From Camelus dromedarius (taxonomy: Eukaryota), in assembly GCF_036321535.1 (NCBI RefSeq), contig NC_087437.1:100690001-100754000 (forward strand): a stretch of DNA of 64,000 bases, written 5' to 3'. Position 1 is the first letter of the stretch; every line of letters starts with the position of its first letter. The notes below the pieces were generated by a model. It saw only the letters and a list, made by a program, of their open reading frames with translations, ran no database searches and was not told where the DNA came from. Of the stretch, positions 1 through 11,985 are shown piece by piece. A program made the position numbers and the translations under genes.

Positions 1-419
1 TAGAAAGAAAAAAATTAAAAGAAAGCTGGACTTCTAAAAAGAGACACAAGTAAGGAACTTTGAAGCCAAGGGGAAGAAAAAGTATAAAATACAGGCCACT
101 GCGACTCTAGCATTCTGGGACTTTTTGATGGAATAATAGTCTGTCAGGATCTCAGTGACTCTTGTTTTATAGTCTAAGTTGCCAATTACTGTTTCTTATG
201 ACTTCAGTAACACAAATTTAAATTTTGTTTCGTGTCACCTGAAAGTATAATAGAATGTATAATCTCTTTTAGAGAGATTCTAAACCTTGATAGTTAACAT
301 TAAATGTGTATCACGTGTGAAGTGTAAGTTTCAAGATTTCCTGCTCACGGAGTTTTTCTTTCCCTAATGGTGCTATATAACTGATGTGTTTCAGTATGAT
401 GTTATGCCATGATATGAGA

Positions 420-919
420 AATATCTGTCGTTTTTTTGGCTGACCAGCAGCTAAACCTTGTTTTGAAGTTTTTGGAGTTATTTACCTTGAATCCGGTGGG
501 ATTCAGAGAGTACCTTCCCATGAGAAATTGGAAAGGGCAATATTCCCTTTCGCAGCCTTCTGGGCAACAAGTGGTGTAGCTGTGATGTTGGCTTAACTAG
601 TCATAGTTGCTTCACCTGCGGAACCATGATCCTGTGCTGCAAAGAGCCAGGCAGGGCAGCAGAGGTGGGGCGGCAGCAGCCTCCAGTTCTCACGGCCCGC
701 TGGCCTACAGCAAGCTTCAGTGTACACATCAGACCTGTTTTGTTGCAGGATTTTACTGTAATCCCGCCTGACACCTGCCTTATTATTTGTGCCTTTTTCC
801 AAGCCAGGTTCTCTAGGGTTTCCTGCAATTCTGTGACTTATTGATAATCATTTCACTGTATCTCTTTGTTTAATCAGAGTTGGATTCTATTGCTTGAATT
901 AAGAATGCTGATCATTACA
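420..919 (+). mobile_element. 5' LTR of the ERV-L provirus (ancient ERVL-type LTR; left edge approximate)
   Basis: It ends in an ERVL-like 3' terminus (tttaatcagagttggattctattgcttgaattaagaatgctgatcattaca, CA at 918-919), followed by a degenerate PBS-like gaacttactatcaaagtg. It shares motifs with 4274-4918. Confidence 0.6.
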
Positions 920-971
920 GAACTTACTATCAAAGTGCTTGGCAGACCACAGACCCATAGGGAAATGGTAG

Positions 972-1128
972 CAGTGGTTCTGGATTCTGGCTCTACATTA
1001 GAATCCCCTAGAGTGTTTGGAAAATACCAATACCCAAGCCAGCCCAGATCAATCACATTGATCAATGTCCAGGGATAGGACCCAGGTATTGATACTTGGA
1101 AAAATATTTAGGTGATTCTAATGTGAGG
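972..1128. mobile_element. MER5-like hAT-Charlie DNA transposon inserted in the ERV-L leader
   Basis: cagtggttct...ggctctacattagaatcccct...ggtgattctaatgtg matches the recalled MER5A/B pattern, including its internal inverted acattagaatc/gattctaatgt. Confidence 0.7.
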
Positions 1129-1230
1129 ATTAATATAGAGAAAGAAATTCAGTGACTTATGGAGATGGGGATGTTGAAATGGATTAATTATATGTAACTT
1201 GTTCACCTATTCCCAAGTTATATCTCCTAA

Positions 1231-3900
1231 GAAAGCCCAGGATATACTTCTTTAATCAAGGCTTTGGGTGACTACAAGCATTCTTGAAAACCACTTTTGT
1301 AGTTGTTCTCTGTAAGCCAAAAGTGTAGTGGAAACATTGCCACTGAAATGGGATCTCTGACTTTGATGGAATTAACAGGGTCCAAGTTAGTAGTTTTCAA
1401 CTAGTGCATCTAACTTCCAGGCTCGAAGGAGGATGCAGTTATTGTGATAGTCTGCAGGGCCTCCCTGATGATAACAGTGAGCCGTCCAGCTGGGATTGTT
1501 GCTATTGCCAAATGAGTCATGGGCTCCTTAGACTAAAACGGATGAGAAACCTACAGAGTCCCTATTTGATTTGTACAACTGGAAAATTCCAAGTCTCGTG
1601 AACAAAAGTCTGACTTGATTCATCTTTTGACAGTCCTAGATCTATGTCCAATTTCCAGCCCTAAGTTCATTTGCACACCCAGAGACCTTGGATGAAAAAT
1701 AGTACCTCTGAGGGTAGAACCTCGATAACGTAGTAGTTCCAACAGGGTCTATGACTCCTAGCCTTCTTCAGCAGTCCTTGGTTAGTTACCAGGTAGCTCA
1801 AAGGTCCTTGGCTGGCACAGGGCAAAGGCTGTACAAAGGTTTCAAAAGGTTTTTGTTGTTGTTGTTACTAGATCTGTGTTAATTCTAATTCCTGGGGACC
1901 CAGGATACCCTGAGAGTCAGAACACAAATGGAGTCTTGGTTCATCTGCCATATACCAGGCCCTGTGGGACCTTGACACCACCCTGTGGACAATTTTTCCA
2001 CACTCGGGTGTGTAGAAGTAAAGGATATGCTAAGCAACAGGAGAATCCACACTTCTACATCCTGCCCTAGAGGGCAAGAGCGATTATGCTAAAAAGAGCT
2101 ACGAGAAAACCTCTGGGGCTCCCTCTCCTCAGTCAATAGTACGTCTAAGGGAAATACAAGTATCAGTGCCATTTTGAGTCTTGAAAGAAACAGGGATAAC
2201 GAGCTCTTCCCATTTCCTTTTACTCTGCCAGCTTGCCTGTTGCGTACAGAGGTTGGATATGCCCGTGGAGAATGATGGTGCATTGCTGGAAGCTTCATCT
2301 GATGGTTACTCCTATAGCAGCTGCAGTTTCCAGATGCGGTCTCTTGATGGGAACAAGTAAGTGGAAAACCTAGTCCTGGTACACGGCCATCGGTCTGGCT
2401 AACCTTTTATTCTCTGCCCCTAAAGCAGACAATATCAGATGCAGTCTGCTTTCACCTTGAAAGTACACATGCGTAGCAGAGGGTAAAGGCAAGTCTCAGA
2501 AACTGAAAGGGACTTACAAGCTCTGTGTTAACAGTATTAGGGCCACAGCAAGCCCTGAGAAACAAACTGTGCAAGTGGTTTGGATGTGTCTGTTTTGCTA
2601 CAGTGCCACCCTCCCCTCCCTGAGTTGCTAGAAAAAGCGGGCCTAGTGTGATGGAAGGGTCCTCTTGCAGTCTGGTAGCTGACTTCAGGGTGTGCTTTGC
2701 GGGAAAATGAAAAAGAAAATCTTCCCACTGGACAGAACCCGGAGCAGAACACCACGTTGTCCATATGCTCTGGACAGAGAAATGGCCCAAACTGAGTAGC
2801 TATATTGCTTCCTGGGCCATGGCTAACAGTTTGGTGGTGAAGTTAAGGAAGTCAGAAGAAAAATGAAAAAGAAGCAAAATGTATAATGAATATGTGTTTG
2901 GTTGTTAAGACTATTTGATTCCACATGAAAGCTCATCAGAAGGGCCCTAGTGGAGGAAACTATAGATAAATGTGTGGGAAATATAACCCTCAAGTAGAAA
3001 TACAATTACAGATTGATTATTTTAGATGCTACTACTGTATACAATAGATGGTTATTCTGCACTGGGATTTACTTGCTCTGCTTTTCGTGTATTTGCCAAA
3101 CCTTGAACTTACTGATTTCTTTTTACAGCATCTTGAATTTGCACACAATCTCTCTCCTAACCAAGATCTCGAGTTTACTAGGCAGTTGCCCATCAGATTC
3201 ATGGATTTTACCAAATACTCCATGATCTACTTAGCTGTTGACCTTTCAAAATGGGGGAATGGTTAAATAATTATCATGTCTGCTGGGAGATCACCATCAC
3301 ATATTTAGAATATTGTCCGCTAGGATGCACTGATACTCTGAGCCAGCAACGAATACAGGGTGTTGTAGCTCTCATGAATTGAGGAACTCGTGGACGGAAC
3401 TGGGAGTTGCATGTTCTCAACAGCACTTATTATGGCCGGAAGCATTTCCTTTCCTGTCCCTAAAACACTATGCTCTGCTAGTGCAGAGGTATTTTTACTC
3501 AAGGGAGAAGTGTTTCTACCAAGGGACACAGCAAGTTCTATGTTGAATTAGAAGGTAAAACTTCTGCTGATCCATTTTGCACTCCTCACGCTGCTGAATT
3601 ATCAGTCAAAGAGGAGGGCTATGATGCTGGCCCTAATGATTGAGCTTGACAGTCAAGGGTAGTTACATAGCTGATATACATTAAAGGATGGGACGTCTCT
3701 GACTAGAAGTCACCTGGTATCTTGGCTGCTCCCTAGTACTGCCGTGGCAAGTAGTCTAATTTAATGCTATTCCAACAGGGCTCTTTATAAATTAGAACTT
3801 GGTCACTTCACTAACCAGCTAGCTGATGAGAAAAAATTATAAGAAGGGAGAAAAAGGAAGAGAGTCATAAGAATAAAAACACCTTTATGAATAGCTATAG
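1231..3900 (+). pseudogene. Degraded ERV-L gag-pro-pol-dUTPase coding remnants
   Basis: Many stops and frameshifts. The RT catalytic core and most of integrase are deleted. The dUTPase lies after the integrase remnant, as is characteristic of ERV-L. Confidence 0.85.
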
Positions 3901-4273
3901 AGACAAGATTATAGTCTCTCCCATATTTTCCTCTTTGCCATATCAGTGTGTGTGTGTATATCTGTATTTCCTCTTATTTCCTTTTTTCCCTGTCACTTTT
4001 TTATATCAAGTAGTTTGGTGATTGCAAAATCTATACAGTTTAGTATATACATCACAGAATATTAAAATTGGATCATGGCAGACCTATAGTTGTAAGAGAT
4101 CCAGGACTTAAAGCAGAATGTTGATTAAAATTTGGATCATCCCACCTTAAATAAGGACTGCAGATGTTTTCAGCACACAGGTGATAGTTACAGCATTAAT
4201 TATGTAGCAGCAGTTTTTAAACCTTACAAATTTGAAGAAGGTTGTAAGTATTGTGCAGTCTAAGGAATGAATT

Positions 4274-4918
4274 ATATTAATTATTTGTTTTTTTCTCCCT
4301 GTGTATCATCTCAGTCCTCCTTCTTATATTTGGGATTTACCCACCTCATGAGTCATGGTAGAAGGCAGGGCATCACTTTCTCCTTTTATAGAATCTGAGA
4401 ATCAGATACTTAGTGGTCTAGCCTTTTTTCCAGCTAGAATGGGAACATGTGATGTAGGCGTGGTCTGTTAGATGCCGTCACCATGGGACTGCATGGGTAA
4501 TTAATGACTCAAGCAAGCAAAAGGGATGGAGATTCTGTTTTGGTAGTGATGAACTTCACAAGCAGTAGTAACAGAATTAAGTTTCCAGGAGCATCTGTGG
4601 CAGTGATCCAGGAATGACATCAAGCGTCTAAGGTTGGCACTAAGATTTTTAAGGGACTTTTTTTTTGGCACGACTTTGGCTATGGTTCTGGCTACAGCTT
4701 CAAATCTTTTATTTCTGTCTTTTTCCATACCCGTTGCCTGCCATGCGCCACCCCCCTCCCCCCGCCCCCGCTTCTGGAGATTCAGTAAATCTTTCTAGAC
4801 AGTATTTAGAATATTGTCCTCTAGGGCTGCAAAATACGCTTTAAATATATATATTTTAAATGTTTAAGTCAACAAGACCTTTCTTTCCATTGCATGCGAC
4901 AAAGATTCTGACTGATTA
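4274..4918 (+). mobile_element. 3' LTR of the ERV-L provirus
   Basis: Preceded by a PPT-like ctaaggaatgaat. Contains ccagctagaatgggaacatgtgatgtaggc and ends ...ccattgcatgcgacaaagattctgactgatta, homologous to the end of the 5' LTR. Confidence 0.6.
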
Positions 4919-6894
4919 AGAAGAAATGAAAGGCAGGAAGGAGGAAGGTAAAAAGAGCATTCTTTTCCTGGGTGACCCAAGGTAGCGTTAACTGGAAGGA
5001 GCTCAAAATCCAAGAAGTAAAAGGCCAGAGGACCAGAAAACATTCAGCACTCGAGGTGGTTTTTCCGCTTGGTCAGGTAGAACAGAGTTAATGCATTCTC
5101 TTAAGGTAGTGTGTGAAAGGAGAGAGGCAGACTGTAGGTAGCTGCAAAGTCAGCAAGGAAGACAATATAAGGTGCTTTCCTGCCAGGTTCTGGGCTGAGA
5201 GAACGGTGCTGAAGATGGGCGCTGAGACATATGTGTTGGGCACTGGGGCGTTGTGCACACTTATTTGAATAGTTTGGGTAGAGTGACGGTTAAAGGAGCT
5301 TTGCTATTGTTTAAATTTTCCAGGCTTTACTAGCTACATATAGGTTTACAGTAACACTAATAATCCAGTTCCATTGTCATTTGCTTTCTCTTTCTAATGT
5401 AAGTCATTAACAAGACAACCCTACTTTATAGTTTTGTGTCATGAAGACCCCAGTCTTCAGTGATGGTGCCTGGCAGGGCTCAGTTCTGGCTGTGGGGATG
5501 GGTGGGATGGCCTGGTCCCGCTCTCTCTCTCTCAATGGCTTCTTCCAAGCTTAGGGTTGTCTTTTTATAACATGCTTTAGAATGGGGGTGAGGATGGGGT
5601 CTCTGTTGTTTGTTCACCAGTATTTGGAATAATTTAAAATTCCTCATTTTGTAAGTATAAATCATGAGTCATAGTGCAACGAGAACATGGGACAGATCCA
5701 AGTAACAGACTTCAATATGCTTAAGATACTCCCTCTCTTCCAAAGACCAAAGCTTTTGGTTTTCATTGCTTTTCTTTACTGAAGTAAACTCATTGTCCCT
5801 GGCTCCTTCCTTCTTAGTATTTGTTCCTCTGCATAAGTCCCCTTCGAGTTCTCTTGTCCTGCCCCTAAGTTCTCCAGACACATTCAAGAAAAGTCTGCAT
5901 CTCACTTAGATTCAAGCTAGGAGAGCTGCCACGCTGAGTGGGTGTTCACGTATAATGTGCCAGGATTAGAATTACAGACCAGTACTGAGCTTCCACTCAC
6001 CTACACTCTGTGCGTGACAGGGGTATCAAGTGGATGAATTGGTGCAACAGGGCATAACTAGTTCCTAGAGATTCTTGATAGTAACTCACAAAAAATTCCC
6101 ATTTGTGGAGGGAGACTTTCACATGTTAGACTGTAGATCTTTTCATGCTAAATTCAAAACACCTGGAGATGGAGGCAGGCATGCTGATACAAATTCAATT
6201 CACATTTCTGCTTTAATTGAGCAGCCTCAATTAACGTTATGCATCCATTGAGAAGTTACACATATGTATTCGGATATTCTTTTTGTTCATTGTGTATGTG
6301 GGCCACCAATCACAAAGATGAGGTTGTTGGCTAGGCCCATGGAAAGCCTACTAGTATTTAATGATACAGATTTTCCTTACAGAAGAGCTAACTTCCCTGT
6401 TATTTTCTGTCGCCAGTAGTTATGTTGTCAATTTTCTCGACCATTACAAAAAGACACGTCGGTATCATTTCCTTAAGCCGTGCAGTCTGGTTGAGACACT
6501 TTAAGCACGGTCGCGTGGCATTTTATTTCTACACCTTAGCTTTTGTGAAGTATGCGATAGTTCATAATACCCCTTCCTTCAGTCCTATGGAAAGTGGTTC
6601 TTCATCAATTACTTCTTTACACTATAATTTAATTTTAAGGAAATCAATTAATATACACTTCATGCCTATAGAGAAGCTGTGCTTTTGTTTCTAATATATT
6701 TCAGATTAGCCTGTTCCTTACACTGCAGGTTCCTTGGCTGCCATCAAAAGCAGTCATCTGTTCAACACTGTGAGGCAACTTTATACTCACTCTGGGAGTG
6801 AAACTCACTCAGCAAAGCTCTCTCTGTACCCTCAGTCCTTCTGAATCCTCAAAGAAGTGAAAGGCAGCACATAATCAGGTATCCTTTCACCCAA

Positions 6895-7165
6895 AACACA
6901 TTTATTGATTTTTTTTTGATGAACACCATGCTAGGTAAAGGCGATGTAAAGATGAAGTCTTTGCCCATAACAGTCTGGTGTGGACACGTGCACATTTGAT
7001 AGTAACAATACTATGTGGAAATAATTGCTATTAAAGATATGTTTAATGGATTGCAAAAGCCCTGAAGGTTGGTGTAAATACCTCAGTTAAGGTTTCACAA
7101 AAAGGCGATGTCTGACCTCAGTATTGAAGGTGCAGTAGGAGTTCAGTAAGTAGATCTGGAAGAAG
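6895..7165 (-). mobile_element. L2 fragment
   Basis: acatttattga...catgctaggt...aggtttcacaaaaaggcgatgtctgacctcagtattgaaggtgcagtaggagtt resembles the reverse complement of the L2 3' region. Confidence 0.55.
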
Positions 7166-7179
7166 AGGAGTCCCACTTG

Positions 7180-7429
7180 CTCCAGTCATTCCAGGCAAGA
7201 CCCACCTAGAGCTGGTGACAGCCAGCCGCTTGCCTGACATGTGAGTGAGACCATCAGTGTCCAGCTGACAGCAGATATTTGAGTGAACCCCGCTGTGGCC
7301 CACAGCAGACTTGCCAGGCTTAACCCAGCCCAAATGGCCTCCCAAATCTTCCTAGGTTAAATAAATGCCGTTGTCTTAAGGCACTAATTGATGGGGTGGT
7401 GTGTTATGCAGCAGTGGATAACTGATGCA
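7180..7429 (+). mobile_element. MaLR LTR fragment (MLT1F/G-like), 3' part
   Basis: Contains gacatgtgagtgagaccatc and cccagcccaaatggc, and ends ggggtggtgtgttatgcagcagtggataactgatgca, a typical MLT1 terminus. Confidence 0.75.
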
Positions 7430-7739
7430 ATTGTATTTGATTCTGGAAAATTAATAGAAAAGTTGCAGGGACGGATTATAGGAGATAAAGGTGAATCAGA
7501 GCATTTAAGAAGTAATTGGAAGAGCCCAGGAAAGGCCAACTGCTGTTCCTCAGGAGATGTTGTGCCAGAAGCCGGGAACTCAAAGCCTTTTTCCTGGGTC
7601 TTGTGCAAATAATCTGACTCCTTCCAGACTATAGCATCCTCCCTATCATCAAAGGCTGCTGATTTCTGAAATATGAATGAGAATCCTGTGCACAATAGTG
7701 CCATTGCTAGTTTACTTGCCTGGATTAGCATCCTCCCAG

Positions 7740-8825
7740 CGGACCTCCCAACCAGGTCGTGGTGGACTTACGCTACATCTCCAGAGGATCTCTTCACCCT
7801 CCTTTCCTTTTTCCATACCCTCAACCATTTCAGTTCCCCTGGGACTTATTCATTTGGAAAACTTGCGTACAGCTAAACTCATGAAGTCTTTCTTTTATGT
7901 CATTCTTTACTACTTCTGAGAATTTTAACCCCTGATTCATCTTCTCTCACAGTGCTATTCCCTTCCTCCTCCTTCCCCACAACTCTACCTCCCATTCTGC
8001 CCAAACCTTTCCACTCTGCTCTCTATTGTTTCTCATCCATAATGAAGACAAATTCTCTGTTTCTTCATTGAACAGTTCTTCTATTGTCCCAAGCCTGAGG
8101 CTGGTTCTATTTTGAGAATACTCCTCCTTCTGGTCTCTGAAATACAGGCTGTTTTATCTTCTACACCCCATAGGTCTTAGGATTGGTAGGTAAAGGCAAG
8201 GTCATCCTTAGCACCCTACTCTAACTGCTCTTGAAGAGTAATCAATGATCTGCTGGTTGAATTCAGTGGATACTTTCAGTGGCATTGGAAATTCTTGACC
8301 ACTGTCTTTAAATGCTCTTTTCCTTTGGATTGCTTAGCATTTCTCCTAAATTTCTAAACTTCCCCCTTAAGAATATTTTGTTTATTCATCTTCTTCTGTC
8401 TATTCCTTAAATTTTGGTGTTATTTAAGAGTGTACGAAAAGTCCTCTTTCCTTTTTACATCATTTACAGAACTTTCTTGAGTTATCTAATCTTCTCAAAT
8501 GTCAGTGCCTAATATGAAATGGTTTTCTCCTGAGATTTGACCCGTCTGGTTAAAGTCACCATGTCCTTTAAACCTGTTTCTCTCGCTGTTTTTTCCTCCC
8601 CCCACCCCCTGCCTTAGTTCATTTAGTAGTACCAACATCCAACACAGTTGCCTAAACTCAATCTTGGCTCCCACATCTCTACCTCCACCCAATCACAAAG
8701 TCCTATTGAATCTATCTTCTAAATATCTCTATTTTTTGTCCATTTATCTTTATTTTCCTTGCCACCATTCTAGTTCAGATCACTCCATCTCATTTCTAGA
8801 TTAATTCAAGAGTGGGTTCTTTCTC
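7740..8825 (+). mobile_element. L2 fragment (ORF2 and 3' region)
   Basis: Pyrimidine-rich with L2 motifs such as aactgctcttg...aatgatct, tagtaccaacatccaacacagttgcc and ccaatcacaaagtcctattgaatctatcttctaaatatctct. Confidence 0.6.
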
Positions 8826-9070
8826 TTCTTTTTCTGTTGGAATTAAAAGATAGAGAAATGCACCTCATAGACTAAGGGATCCTTAATCAAGGGCAGGTTT
8901 TTAAGAAAGAGAAGTTGGAGAGAGGAGTCTGAGATGGACAGTAGGCCCCGGGTCACGGGAGGAGAGAGTTGATCCAGGGTACCATCTAGATGCTACCACC
9001 CAGTTGAATTGGGTGCTTCTTGGAGAAAAGCATGAGGGTAAATCTAAAGATACCTCCTGCTAAAGATACG

Positions 9071-9157
9071 CTCCAAGGATCTGCTGTACAACGTTGTGTC
9101 TGTAGTCAACAATAACGTATTTTACACTTCAAATTTGATAAGATGGATCTCATGTTA
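9071..9157 (+). repeat. 87-bp local duplicate of 11356-11442 (templated insertion)
   Basis: Direct comparison gives 84/87 identity with no indels. It is flanked by duplicated tcctgcta (9055-9062 and 9158-9165). Confidence 0.95.
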
Positions 9158-9529
9158 TCCTGCTAGAGAGCTGCAGCACTTGGAGCTCAGCCAGTTTTGC
9201 TTCAGGACACCCCTGAATGAGTGACAGTGACAGAAGCATCCTCCTCCTCTGCATCACTGTGGCCTGGCTGAATGAGCAAGGATGCCAACAGAAAGTAGAT
9301 GGCCACGGGAAGCCAGGGCAGATTCTTCCATTGGGCTTGTATTTTTGTAGCTAGCCAGAGTTTCAGCAAGTAGTGACACTGACTTCCTGAAGGAGTCAGC
9401 CATCAAGGCACTAGGACCCAAAAGGAACAGTAACTTGGTCAGGCTATGGCAATGCTCCACGATCAACAGCACAGTGGTGGTGCTATCTGGGCCGCTTCAG
9501 AAGCTGTCATAAAAGTAGAAGCTTTGAGT

Positions 9530-9710
9530 CAGAGCTTCCCAACCTGTGGCTAGTGTTCACTGATGGGTCATTGAGTGCCTCAGCCCTTGGGATGGCTGGA
9601 CAGAGACTTGAGCTGCTGGAGGTCCCAGGACTGTTGGATCATTTATTCTAACATTTCTAAGAGTATTATTTTCCTTGGTGCTATGATGAGATACATATTG
9701 GGAAGCTCTG
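9530..9710 (+). mobile_element. MER117-like hAT-Charlie MITE
   Basis: Perfect 13-bp terminal inverted repeats, cagagcttcccaa (9530-9542) and ttgggaagctctg (9698-9710). Length is 181 bp and the interior cagcccttgggatggctgg matches recalled MER117. Confidence 0.8.
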
Positions 9711-10539
9711 TCATTTAAGAAATCTCTACCCATCTGCTGGATTAAATGACAATTCCATTCCCTCCATATTGCATACTGACTGATGCCTGATGCAAACCGT
9801 AGGCTCACAGCTTGGAGGCTCCTCTCGCCATCTTGGTTTTTAGGTTAATGTACAAAATATAGTCAGTTGTATCTGTTTCCAGTCCTGTGTATGCCAGTGG
9901 TATTTTAATAATTCACTCAAAAATGAGTGAATGAAACTACCCACTAACCTCCCCATAAAATGGATTGATGAACAAGACTGATGAATTGTGTATCTTCATG
10001 TAGCTTGTATTTTAGTATTTCAGTAGGAGAGAAAAACAATAAACACATGAGTAACTATAATTATGACTTTTTATTAAATATCCAATAAAATAGTGAAATG
10101 TGAATTTTAAAAGAAAGAGAGTTGTTATTATGAAATTAAATTGAATTTGGAACATTTCATAAAGATACATTGTTTAGAGATTATGTTAAATTAGCTTTAA
10201 GCAAGAAACCTTACAAAGCTGAGAAAATTCTATTTCTGATTCTATATTTGGCTTGTGTCACAGGAGTTTGTATGTTTTCATTCCACTTTAAAGAAACTGA
10301 AACCTGAAATCATATACCATGTGTGTTATGGTGGTTTAACATGTAAAAGACAACAGGGGAGCAAGACCCCGTGTCTACATTGAAAACCTGGGGAGTTAAT
10401 GTGTACTTACATGTTTTTGATTAAAATACAACGTTTGAAGCACATGCATATTTTATGTTAATGACTTCCAGCTTTAATGGAAATTTTTTATTAATTGACT
10501 AACTACATGAATTGCTTTGGAGAAGAGAGCATCTATCCT

Positions 10540-10700
10540 AGTTTAATCAATAAATATTTATTGAGCATCAACTCCTTCAGAGCTCTGTTTGGGGCATTCT
10601 GGGAGATGCAGAAGTGAGACAAGCATCCCATCCTTAATGGGCTGGTAGTTTGAATGAGAAGAATGCAAATAACTCAAAGGTAGAGGGTAATAAGACAGCT
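10540..10700 (-). mobile_element. L2 3' end fragment
   Basis: tcaataaatatttattgagcatc is the reverse complement of the L2 tail region. Confidence 0.6.
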
Positions 10701-11148
10701 AATGCCTTTCAGTTACGTCCCTTCTCAATAACGCTAATTAATGACCTCAAATATTTGTCAAAAATCTGATTATTAAGACTTTGTTCTAAAAGTTAGGAAC
10801 TTCTGTTGTAAATTAGCCTTATCCCCCATTTTTCTAATCATAAATCACTCTTACAGTAAAAGCATAAAGCAATCACCAATAATGGCATGTTTCTGAGATG
10901 TTAACAAATGCATCTTAAATGGGTCTTATATTTCATGTAATTAACTTGACACGGTGCCTGTGTGGGACTGACAGTTCTTTTCTAAATAATTAACTCAGGA
11001 AGGGATGAAGCAGGCTTCTAATATCACTCAATACAGAACGACTCACTCTGAATTCCCCTAGCACTTGTCTCTGCCACTGCTCAGTTATTAATCGTGTGCT
11101 TCCTTTCGTAGCTTTTCTAACTGTCTTGAAAGGACAGTTAACTATACT

Positions 11149-11474
11149 TCAAATAAACCTTTAGGACATTATGCTAAATGAAAAAAGTCAATCACTGAAG
11201 GACAAGTACTGCATAATTCCACTTATAGGAGATATCTAAATTAATCAAATTCATAGAATCAAATGCGGAACGATGGGTGCCTGGGGCTGGGGGAGGGGGA
11301 AATTGGGAGTTACTAATCAACATGTATGAAGTTTCAGTTATGCAAAATGAATAAACTCCAGGGATCTGCTGTACAATGTTGTGTCTATAGTCAACAATAA
11401 CGTATTTTACACTTCAAATTTGATAAGATGGATCTCATGTTAAGTGTTCTTAACACAATAAAATAAAATTAAAA
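11149..11474 (+). mobile_element. Old L1 3' end (L1MA/MB-like)
   Basis: ggacattatgctaaatgaaaaaagtcaatcac...gtttcagttatgcaaaatgaataa...gatctcatgttaagtgttcttaacacaataaaataaaa covers the ORF2 end, 3'UTR and A-rich tail. Confidence 0.85.
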
Positions 11475-11767
11475 CAGAGTTATATGTTCATCATTTAGAA
11501 AAATAAGCACTTATTACTACTATTGGTACCTTTTTTTCCCTACAGTTTTCAGACTACCTTCATGTGCGTCTTTCACTTCCAATTTGTTTCTCTCCCCCAC
11601 GCCCTGGTTTTCCAACCAAGACGGGAGAGTCAGCTTAGTCTACTTCACTAACCACAGTCACCAAACCAGGTCAGTTTTATCTCCTGAATACCTCTTTCTC
11701 TCTCTTTTGTTTTGTCTGCTTTTTTTTTTTTTTTTTAACTCTGTGACTATTAAAAAAAAAAACCAAA

Positions 11768-11985
11768 CAGCCTTACTGAAGTGTCATTGACATATGATAC
11801 ATGGCACATGTTTAATGTGTACAATTCGATAAACTTGGACATAGACACGCACTCACAATGGCATCACCACTCTCAATATAATGAGTATATCCATCACTCC
11901 CAAGGTTTCCTCATGTACTTTGTAGTCCCTTCCTCCCACCCTGCACTGCCCAGTCCCCAGTCAACTGCTGATCTGCTTTCTGTTC
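11768..11985 (-). mobile_element. Old L1 3' end (L1MC/MD-like)
   Basis: cagccttactgaagtgtcattgacatat...tatccatcactcccaaggtttcctcatg...caactgctgatctgctttctgt. Confidence 0.75.

Larger units (their letters stand above)
420..4918 (+). mobile_element. Ancient ERV-L (class III) provirus remnant, internally deleted, with 5' and 3' LTRs
   Basis: Degenerate ERV-L peptides occur in proviral order on +. They are gag-like AFLKTTFVVVLCKP (~1278-1320), protease-like LILIPGDP (~1879-1902), RT N-terminus WRMMVHCWKLHLMVTPIAAAV (2266-2328) and WYTAIGLAKPF (2377-2409), RNase H SSHWTEPGAEHHVVHMLWTEKWPKLSSYIASWAMANSL (2720-2833), and dUTPase FPVPKTLCSASAEVFLLKGEVFLPRDT (from 3450). Two mutually similar LTR-like blocks flank them. 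Confidence 0.88.

Noticed and set aside
4748..4771. C-rich tract (potential G-quadruplex on the minus strand) inside the ERV-L 3' LTR
   Set aside because: It is a short low-complexity expansion with no evidence of function.
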